Part shown: piece by piece, positions 1 to 11,000 of the stretch
Layout of the letters: each line of letters starts with the position of its first letter
How positions within the stretch are numbered: the stretch's first letter is position 1
Source: Tubulanus polymorphus
Lineage: Eukaryota; Animalia; Nemertea
NCBI RefSeq assembly: GCF_964204645.1
Contig: NW_027437439.1
Location: 1 to 64,000, forward strand
Direction of reading: 5' to 3'
DNA length: 64,000 bases
Translations under genes and position numbers: made by a program
The notes under the pieces: model-generated
Databases searched by the model: none
What the model saw: only the letters and a program-made list of their open reading frames with translations
Told to the model about the DNA's origin: nothing

Positions 1-52
1 CGGAACTTAAAGAGTTAAAATCAGTTTCATCTCGGTTCGAGTTTCAGCTCTA

Positions 53-190
53 GGGCCGGTTGCATAGTCATGGCCTAGACTTAAGACCAGTCTAAGACCA
101 ACTTAGTTCTATAGCTTATCTAACAACTTAAGACCATTCTTAAGATTAAAGACCACTTTTGGACTTAAGTCACGACTGTGCAACCGGCCC
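53..190. mobile_element. PIF/Harbinger-like MITE family B
   Basis: TIR GGGCCGGTTGCAYAGTCRTG; flanks CTA/CTG. Near-identical inverted copy at 11666-11803. Confidence 0.75.
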
Positions 191-716
191 CTGAACTGTA
201 AAACTGGGTCCATAGACGCCATCTGCGGAATACCTTCCAAGAGCTTCATTTCTGAAAACATTTTCAGACGAGGACCCCAGACCCTGACTATGTAACGTAG
301 AGAACTTTTCTACTCCGGGTGCCCTAAAAGGGAGCCATTTACTCTCTGGGTATAGCTCTTGATCCATTTCTCCTAGGAGAGGGGGGCTGATGAACGAGGA
401 GTATATTGAAAGACCGTATCAACTAACCGGCCAGGCAGGTGCCCTGATAACATAACATCGCAATCAACAATCGAGAAACTGTCAAAAAATCATAGCAAAT
501 AAATGTTCTTACAAAAAATAAAATAATTGAAAACTTTAAACCAGAACGGAAAGGAGGAAAAACCATCATTCTTTTCAAGGAGATTTGGAGGCAAGTTCTT
601 TTCAGGATCCATTTCCGCAGTTGTTTAAGTTACCCTAGAGTTGAATAGAGTTCAAATATTTTCAGTAACGCTAGAGTAAAACATTAACAGTTCATGGCAT
701 AAAGATTTGACTAATA

Positions 717-1047
717 CCCTTTCAGAGCTTGTACCCTGCTACGCGGTGTATAATCTACACACCCTATATCGTATCTATCTGCGGTGCGGTGTATTTATGA
801 CATTGTTGATTAGTAAAAAGCTCTATTGAAAGATGCAGCACCGGTCAAACATTGTTAGTATTAGTAACCGATGATACACCGCACTGCAGGGTAAATTCAG
901 TATAGGGATATACCCATTATACACCGCGCTAAGGGGAAGACGTAATATAGCAGTATACCATTTATACACCGCACCGAAGTGGAATTTTCCAGAATTTTTG
1001 AATTATCATAAGCATTTTAGGGTATGAAATTGTCAGCACTGAAAGGG
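717..1047. mobile_element. piggyBac-like MITE family A copy
   Basis: TIR CCCTTTCAG.GC / GCACTGAAAGGG, TTAA on the right. Shares internal ACACCGCACTGCGGTGT palindromes with other copies. Confidence 0.7.
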
Positions 1048-1549
1048 TTAAAACTACGAGTCAGAATTGAACCCATCAAACTCTAGGGCTCGAAGAACTT
1101 TGGAATTAGCCCCGCGAATCAAGGTACCAGGTATACGAAATAGCCAAAATAGAGAAAGCCGGTGGCGAGGGAAAAATGAAGCGAGGTAACTCTGATAGGG
1201 AAATGAGTAAATGAAAGGATGTCTGTACTCAATTCTATTATCGCGAAAGAGTAACCTCGAGTAAATGAGTACCATGCTTTTTTCCCGGATAGTTGGTTGA
1301 AGGTCGTTAAGTGCGGTGCATTATTCTATATACCAGGTAGTAGAGAATGTTGTTTCCGTTGAGATGAACAAAATTTCAAATAAATTTGGGGAAAGCGAAA
1401 ATCAATAAATTGAAAATAAATCTTTTTTTTTTAAATACGCTCAAATCAAAGGAGACAAACGACGGCAGACCCAGTTCCAAAACGGTCTTATTTCACGGCC
1501 TTATTTTGGTCTTAAGATCTCAGACCACGCTTAGTGCAAACAGCCCCTG

Positions 1550-1682
1550 GGCCCAGTTTAACGAAAAAGTTTAAGCTTAAAAGGGTTAAGTTTGAATTGT
1601 TGTCCTCAATGAAAATATGTTAGAAGTAACCAATAGCAATAACACCGAAAATCTTAGTTAAACTTTTTCGTGAAACTGGGCC
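1550..1682. mobile_element. PIF/Harbinger-like MITE (CTG TSD)
   Basis: TIR GGCCCAGTTTMACGAAAAAGTTTAA; CTG on both sides. Abuts another degenerate element at ~1470-1546. Confidence 0.78.
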
Positions 1683-2005
1683 CTGGACTGCGAAAACTGG
1701 GCCAAGCTTCTTAAAATGTGAAAAATGTGCACTTTTTTGAAAGAGCATTACGACTTGCCGACCGGGTTCAGACCAAATTAAGTTTCCCGAGTCTCTTCGT
1801 TCAAACTCATGACTGGTCAATTGAGGGACGTGCCGAAATAGATTTGCGACTTTTCGATGGAACTGGATCCGTCGTTTGAAGGAATAAAATGCAACTAAAT
1901 GTTATCGGAAATAAAGATTAAGAAGAAAAGCAACTATCCATGCGTACACACACTACTGATCGAAGGCCCGGGGTGCTGGGTGGAGCGCTGGCGGTGGTTT
2001 TAGTT

Positions 2006-5000
2006 TTAGATGACTAGTTTCTGTTTGATCTGTCGGTCGTTGCGTCTGTCCCTCAGCGGAATCACGCGCCGGGGCAGGGCGGCGCGTCTGCCCCCGCGGC
2101 CGCCACCGCCGACGGGCGATCTCAACACCGGCAAGAGCTTAAATCTGCAAAATAGACCAAACATCGAAACCGCGGGCTCGAAAATAAAAATACGCAATAG
2201 GATTACTACGAAAAAAAAAAAGAAAACAAAACAAACAATCGAGGATGGATTAAGGACAGAAAAAAAAATGTAACAAGCGTGGCGTGCAAAATCGAAACTA
2301 CTTAAGAGCGTTTATGGTTTGCGAGAAGTTGTTACCGATTTTCAATTGATTAAATTCTCGGTTAATTGCTTTTACCCATTTTAATCGATTAAATAAATTT
2401 CTAGAAGTTTGATTTGAACAGTCGCGAGAAATTGATTCAATTGAATTTTGATAATAGAATTCTCTATTGATCGAACTCTAATCAATCAAATTGATTACTA
2501 GGTTGATTGAATCATCGAAAGTTGTTTAATTCAATTGAATTTTGATAATAGAATTCTCTATTGATCGAAATTCTAATCAATTAAATTGATTTCTAACTTG
2601 ATTGAACGGTTGCGTGGTTGACGAATTTGATTGAATACTGAATTTAAACCTTGGTTCATTTAATGCTAGATTTATTGAATTTGGACTGACCAAATTTCTA
2701 GATTGATTAAATTACAAAGCAAATTTTCAAATATCGACATTATTCAAATGTATCAAACGACTTCGAATAATGTTCATTCAAATTTAATCATTTCACTCCT
2801 TTTTGGATTAAATCGAAACTTTCGGTGAATTTCACGATTCACGCAATAGATTGTTTTCAACTAATCCACCGGCTTATCAAATCAAACTTCAATTAATAAA
2901 ATACATTTTCAAACCTCAAATAGATCAATTAAGTTAAGATTGGATAATCATAATTGACGGTCATTAATTTCTTTTACTATCTACGCAGCAGCACAGTTAC
3001 GAGGACACGCAAGGTCACCAAAAAATACCACGGGAGGTAGGAAGGTCGAGAACAGCACGAAAAATACTTCGGGAATTTCTAAGAATTTAAAAACACGTAG
3101 TAAGGATAAATTGTATTGACTTTTAAACGCGACAAATCAGTTAACCCTTTCAGTGCGTCTACACCGCAGTGCGGTGTACGAATCAGTGATGGATTTTGCT
3201 AGTACACCGCACTGCGGTGTATTGATTTAATTAGTAATTACTAATTATCTTTTTTTTTTAGTACAAATTAATTAAACAAGTCAATGGTATACAAAATAGA
3301 TACATGCTAAGGTCCAGAGGACATTATAAGCAATTTCTAATTATCGCTCTTGAAAGATGGCAGCACCTGTCAAACATAGTGAAATATTAGTTACTAACGA
3401 TATACCATGCCAGGGTGTAGACGCACTATAGTGCTATTCCCGTTATTTAACACACTAGGGTGGGATTTTTCAGAATTTTCAAATTATCTTCAGCACTATA
3501 GGGTATTAATTAGCCAGCACTGAAAGGGTTAAAAACACGTAGTAAGGATAAATTGTAATGACTTTTAAACGCGACAAATCAGTTAAAATCGAAATTCGAG
3601 GAAAAAAAAAATCAAAATTTCTAGGGGGGAAAAAAATCTGAATTGACGATTGAATTTGGGATTTGAATGAATAAAACTTTTACCGAAAGCGAGCGAAATA
3701 TCTACGTACGTTAGCGATAAAAAATATAAACAGAACGTATTTAATAGACGACAACGCCACCTAAGTTTCGCGTAAACCGGGGAATGGTTCAACAGTCGCG
3801 AGTTAATTAACGAACGTTTGATGATAATCGATCGGAAATGAAGTAATTCTCGAATTTTAGAGTTGAATCGGACTCGCGTCTGCGGAGACAGACCCTACTG
3901 TCCATCGCGCCTCCACTCCCTGCAACGTTTTGATTCGTTATGTCCTTAATAATCAATTGACCTGCCTTTATTACGCATCAGTTCATTCGGAAAGACGTTC
4001 ACTTTCAGATAATAAACAATGATTTTTGGTAAACTAGTTTTTTCATCCATTTATCGGCGATTGTTTGACCAGGATACGCTCGCGTTACGCTCCAACCCGC
4101 TCCACAAACCGAAATTTAGCGCCGCCTGCTGAATTTTGTAATGAAAACGACCAGGAGTACCACAGTGGTGAGTTAAGATTTGACTCAAGGGTTAACTCAT
4201 TGAAAATGAACTGATTTTAGCTCACGAATCAACTCTTACTTGCAACTGTGGAACTGGATCCTGGTGAACATGTCTTAGCTCAGTCTCCCACAAGAATTTC
4301 TAACAGCCTACGTATTTCTCAAAATTGAAGGATTTCAAAAGGAGTTTTGGGCATTTTGCTCAAAATTAACAAAAAGTTTCAAAAACTTTAAAAGCATCTT
4401 CCATTTCAAAGGAGTTTCTAAGGAATGATAATAAAATGGTTCCCACAGTTACAAGAATTATAAATTCCCAATTTTTTTCCCTAGTATTTCATGGGTGATT
4501 TTTCAATTTATCCAAATGGAAAATGGGGCCTTCATTAAAAATGAACAGATATCATCATACTACAGTCAACTTTTTAGTGGCAACTGGTTGATGAAGGTTA
4601 TTTTCTAAGGACATCGCTGAAGAAAATTGCCCTTGGCAAATAAATGCAATACATGAAATGTGAATGAATTTTTCCAAATATTTCCCTGATTTGAGGACAA
4701 TCTCTCAAATTCCCAAATATTTCCAAACTGGGATAGATCATTTCAAAATTCCCAAGTTTTTCCCAATCTCCCTGTTTCGTGGGAACCATGTTTAATAGTA
4801 ATAATAATAATGTGTCTAAATCCAGCGAAGATGCACCGAGCAAGAACCAAAGAGTCGTAAGCGACTCTCAGAGTCATAATCATTGATCGATTGATTTTAT
4901 TTTCATAGAACATAGTTTAGTATAATAATTTATCTTACAAAATACCACAATGGACTATGAAGGACTCGTCCAGAGCCTGAAGGTACGTTCACTGAACGAA

Positions 5001-8000
5001 ACAGTGCGTAATAAAGGCAGATTGGCGCATCGTTTATGACATCGAAAACCCAGACATTCACGCAAAGGATATCAGCGCGACGGACAGTACGTCGGTTATA
5101 CGGAAGGCTTTTACGCGACAAATATATGACTAAGAGGCAATAAATAAGAACGGGAAAAATTTCTCACACCGCGACGGTAAGAAAAGAGTGCTCCTTAAGT
5201 TAAAATCGATCGCAAATTCCGACCGTATTTCGAGATAGATATTCTCACGAATTTGTTTCTACAGATTTTATTATAAAAATCTAGATTCTAGTCCGAAAAA
5301 GTGGGTTTTTTCGAAATCATTTTTTTTTCTCGTTGCGTTAAGCGTTAAATAAAGATCGTTAAAAATCCAAAACACACCGCAAATATTAGACGTGTATATC
5401 ATATAAATAGGTTACTACGGTAATTTGGTTGTTGTATAGAACCGCGTTGTTTTTACTTGGTACGTACCTTTGCGCGATGAAAATGAGAACGATGGCGATC
5501 AACGAAATCGAATCGACGATAATCCAGATTATCAGGTACGTCGTCGGCGACTGAAAAGAGAGAAGTTTCGGATTTTCGTCTTAAATTGTTGTTATCGTCC
5601 TCAGAAGGCTACTGTGGCAACGGAGGATTGCGATTGTGACAAGTGAGGATCCACCAGGTGTCCCTAGTGTGCGGTAGGACATCAACTACTGCGGCAATAG
5701 AGGATTCCACTTATGGCAAGTGAGCATCCACCAGGTGTCCCTAGTGTGTGGTAGGAAATCAACTACTGCGGCAATAGAGGATTCCACTTATGGCAAGTGA
5801 GCATCCACAAGGTGTCGCTCGCGTGTAGTAGGTCATCGACTACTGCAACAATAGAGGATACCACTTGTGGCGAGTGAGGGTCCACCAGGTGTCGTTAGTG
5901 TGCAGTAGGACATCAACTACTGCGACAATAGAGGATTCCACTTGTGATAAGCAAGGATCCACCAGGTGTCACTAGTGTGCAGTAGGACGTCAACTACTGC
6001 GGCAGTAGAGGATTCCACTTATGGCAAGTGAAGATCCACCAGGTGTCGCTAGTAGTTACTCAGTCCTCCTTGCTTAAAATTTCTCCTACGTTCCAATCAA
6101 AATCGAATCAACTTTTCTCAGTAGCATCTACCCTTAAAATCGCGACAACGTTTTCCAAGAATACTGACCATACGCCACAACGGTGCGTTCATATCGGACA
6201 GGGTCGTCACCCGGTTTGTGATAACCATTGAAACGCCGCTGCACCAATACAACGAATAAAGCCATACGGAATCGATCACGTACATTATCACAGTTATATT
6301 ATTTCGACGAAGTTCCCTGCAAAATAAAAGAAAACAAGATAATTAATTTTAATAAATTATTTGACGCCTGCGAAAAAAAAGGTAGAATTTTTCTGATAAG
6401 CAAATGTGGGTTGGATATTTGAAATCGAAGTTTTAAAAAATTTGGGGAATTATGAGAGTTGGCGATTGGTTAGGTGATACAGGTCTTCCGACTGTAAATA
6501 GTGGTTTAGATTTTTTTATTGAAAATTGTCAATAATGATACTGAACTTGCGACCGACTCAGTTCATTTCACTTTTGCCTCGAAGCTGGTCTGCAACTTCA
6601 TTGCCTCCATGGCTGAGGAAAGAGCTCTTCTGATGTCTGCTTCATCATGACTTTGGAGCATATCATGTGGCCTAACCCAGTCAGTTTGGCTGCCACTCGA
6701 TATCCTCTTGAGTCTGGGTTGAAGTACTACGACAAATAATACCTCACGATTGCGGAACTGGGCCCAGTTACACAGTCGTGACTTAGGGCCAAAAGTGGTC
6801 TTTAATCGTAAAACTAGTCTTAAGTTGTTAGATTGGCTATAGAATCAAAATGAGCTTAAACTAGTCTTAAGTTGTTAGATTGGCTATAGAATCAAAATGA
6901 GCTTAAACTGGTCTTAAGTAGTTAGATAGGTTATAGAACCAAAACGAGCTTAGACTGGTCTTAAGTTGTGACATTGGTTGAAGAACCAAAATGAGTCAAG
7001 ACAGGTCTGAAGTTGTTACATTGGCTATAGAACTAAGATTGTCCAAGACTGGTTTTAAGTTATAAGTAACAACTTAAAACCGGTTCTATAGCCGATGTAA
7101 CCTACATTGGCTATAGAACTAAGACGGTCTTAGACTGATCTTAAATCACTAGGGTGGAATTTTTCAAAATTTTCAAATTATCTTCAGCACTATAGGGTAT
7201 TAACTAGTCAGCACTGAAAGGGTTACTAGAACTGAGTCGTTGATAGTAAATTACTAGCCGTTTTTGAAAGAGTACCTAATATCGTCCAGCGTAAGATCGC
7301 TGTATTTCGAATTGACGTATTTGGCGTTACTGTTGAGAATGTACCGTACGCCTTTACGACCTTCGATGACCTTCTTGACGCCGGTCAATTGCAGCGCGCC
7401 GACGTCGCCCGAATCTTCCAACCACAAAACCTGAAAACGACAAAAAATAATTCGAAGTTCGTACCAAGTTGGGTTCTGGAGCCTGGAGCCACCCCTTGTG
7501 CGGTAGTTTTTCCCCGATTTTTCCACGTGATTATTCAAAATTCTCCCCGAGTGAATCAGAAAATTTCTAGGTTCAAAATGTTAGATAAAATTCATTCATT
7601 TTTCATCAATCACGTATCGATAAAAAAGATAAGGTCAATAGCGTCGCACGTTTTCCAGGTTTTTCGGTAAAATTGTCAAATTCCCTGACAAATTCCTTTT
7701 TTTTTTTTTTAGATTTTTCTGACCCTTGAGTTTTCCAGGTTTTCCAGGCGAGTGGCCACCCTGAATTTTGATTAAAAAAGAAAAAAGAAACATTCGTCAA
7801 CAAGTTAACCCTTTCAGTGCGGTGTATAAATCAGTGATAGATTTTGCTAGTACACCGCACTGCGGTGTATTGATGTAATTAGTAATTATAACTCTTGAAA
7901 AATGGCAGCACATGTCATATATAGTGAAATACTAGTAACTAACGATACACCGCGCCGCGGTGTAGACGCACTATAGCGGTATTCCCGTTATTTAACACAC

Positions 8001-11000
8001 TAGGGTGGAATTTTTTAGAATTTTCAAATTATCTCCAGCACTATAGGGTATTAATTTGTCAGCACTGTGAAAGGGTTAAACGAAGTATTTTTACCTTTTC
8101 TAGAGGAATTCCTGATTTTTTAATAGTTTCAGCAGTAATATTTGCGTGCAGCCCGTAAAACGGATGCAGCTCGTCTTTGTAGCCGGATTTTATATCGAAC
8201 ATCACCGATTTTTTCGTGCGATTCGCGTATTTCAAATACCGCAGCAACGTCGGTATTTCCTGCTTTTTGTAATCAACGATTTGCTCGTTCGTCAGCGAGC
8301 CGACTGTCCCGTACGGGTCTTTCTGAAATTGGATTTGAAACGTGCAATTAACTGCGAGATCATGAACAACCGCAGAACTGGATCCAGAGTCAATTTAAAC
8401 CAACGCAACTGTGGAACTGGATCCAGAGTCAATTAAACCCATACAACTGTGGAACTGGATCAAGAGTCAAATTGAACCCACGCAACTGCAGAACTGGATC
8501 CAGAATCAATTAAACCAACACAACTGTGGAACTGGATCCAGAGTCAATTAAACCCACACAACTGTGGAACTGGATCCAGAGTCAAATTGAACACACAGAG
8601 CTGTAGGACTGGGTTCAGAGTAAAAATTCAACCCACAAAACAATGCACCCAAACCCATGTCACTGTGGAACTGGGCCCAGTCAAATTAAACCCACACAAG
8701 TGTGGAATTGGATCCACATTCAAATAGAACCCTCACAACTGTGGAACTAAATTCAGAGAAAAAATAAACCCGCACACAACTGGGCCCAGCGGGAAATTCA
8801 ACCCGCACAACTGTGGAACTGGATGCGGCGGCAGGGCTCTCACACACGTACGTACCTGTAAAAAGAAGCTACCGGCGTCTAGTTTCAGTAAGTCTGATAT
8901 ATTAAACCGCACCGCCAGTTCGTTCACTCGGTCGGGGAATATTTTTTGAACGTTAGTCGTACGGAGCAGTTTATCGTCGTGTAACATGAACGCAACTCCA
9001 TCGGAACTACACGAAAAAAAAAACCAAACAAAACAAAACGATAATTTCAACGGAACAAATTAAATATTAACGAAAAGGTGCCACCTCGTGGCCAAGTCCA
9101 AAAATGGCTCCGTACTTTGTAGGTATTGGTCCATAAACCATTCATACCAAATTTGGAACTGATCTGATTAAAACTGTAGGACTAGTAGCGATTCGAAGAA
9201 ATCGTTTTTCTCAAAATTGGAAGAGTTCCTGACATTTTGTTCAAATCAAAGCGATTTCAAACACCTTTAAAAGCATTTTCCATTTAGAAGGATTTTCCAT
9301 TTCCTTTTTAAGGAATCAAGGAGTCAAATAGGGAATTCCTTAGTTCCGGTCCTGAATTATTTATTTTTAAAGAAATTAATAATCAATCATAATGAATCTG
9401 GGTTTTACCTGACACGGACGTCTGATTCAAGTGCTACGGCTCCATGCTGGACGGCGCTTTCAAACGAAGCTAACGTATTTTCCGGCGCGAACTGAAACCA
9501 AAATGAAAAATATTTCACATTTTTGCATTTCAAACGAAACCTTGCGTAAAAAAATAATTCGTCAGAGTCGATCACAAGCTCACAGCCTGAGTTTGTGTAC
9601 CCAGTTTAACTGCAGCAAGTGAGGATCCACCAGGTGTCACTAGTGTACAGTAGGACATCAACTACTGCAGCAAGAGAGGATTCCATTTGTGGCAAGTGAG
9701 CATCCACCAGGTGTCACTAGTGTACAGTAGGACATCAACTACTGCAGCAATGGAGGATTCCACCAGTGGCTAGTGAGGGATCCACCAGATGTCGCTAGTG
9801 TGCAGTGGGACAGAAACTACTGCGGCAATAGAGGATTCCATTTGTGGCAAGTGAGGGATCCACCAGATGTCGCTAGTGTGCCGTAGGACATCAACCTCTG
9901 CGGTAGTGGATTTCACTCGTTGCAAGTGAGGTCCCCCTAGGTGTCGCTAGTGTGCGGCAATATAGGATTGCACTTGTGTGATAGACAAAATGGAAACAAT
10001 TGACTTACAGCAGCGTTGCCGCGGTGGCCGATGATTTGAGGTTTAGCCGGAAGGTGACTCGACTGGCAGACACACGGCGAACTAACCAGCAGCGGACTTA
10101 GATATAAAAATAACATCCACACGATAAAGGCAACTGACCAAAATATCTTCAATCCTGAAAATAAGAACGAAATCATGTTGTAAGGTTTACTTTAATTTGG
10201 ATATTTCATTTTTTTTCTTCAAAAGTTGTCAAACTCCTTCTCTGTGGCTCGGTGTTGGGGGAAAACTCTGGTGCCGTGTTGACGCATTGGAAGGGATGAA
10301 ACGTACCTTTTGTTCTAATTCGAAGCCACTGTCCGGCCATTAACCAGGACAACAACGTCATAAGACAAACAGCACCAATCTGAATGAATGGACCAGTTAT
10401 CTGAAATACACGTCAATTACGTCAAAAGCTCATTTTCACAAACTCAGGGCCGAGTTGTACAAATCAAGACCAGTCTTAGAATTAAAGCTGGCATCAATCT
10501 GCAGCCTGAAACCATTCATAATCGAAGTGCAAAATATGATCATCTTTTCAAACATAAAATGTCTAATTTCTCAGGTGAAGCACTGAATACATGTGAAGTG
10601 TGGACGATCAGTTTTTGAAAGTGAGCTGAATATATGTCTGATGTCTGGTGATTGTAGTTCATTTTCAATCTGAAATGTCTCACATGAAGTCCTGAACACA
10701 TGTGAAGCGTGGACGATCAGTTTTTAAAAGTTTGCTGATAAAATGTCTAATGTCTGATGTTTGTAGCTCAATTTCAATTAGAAATGTCTCAGGTTACGTT
10801 CTGAACACATGTGAAGTTGTGCTTTAAGTATTGAATGTCTGAAGGGTTCAAGGTTCAAGGGGGAGACCGATATATCTTCATAAGGTTTAACCCTTTCAGT
10901 GCTGGCTAATTAATACCCTATAGTGCTGAAGATAATTTGAAAATTCTGAAAAATTCCACCCTAGTGTGTTGAATAACGGGAATACCACTATAGTGCGTCT

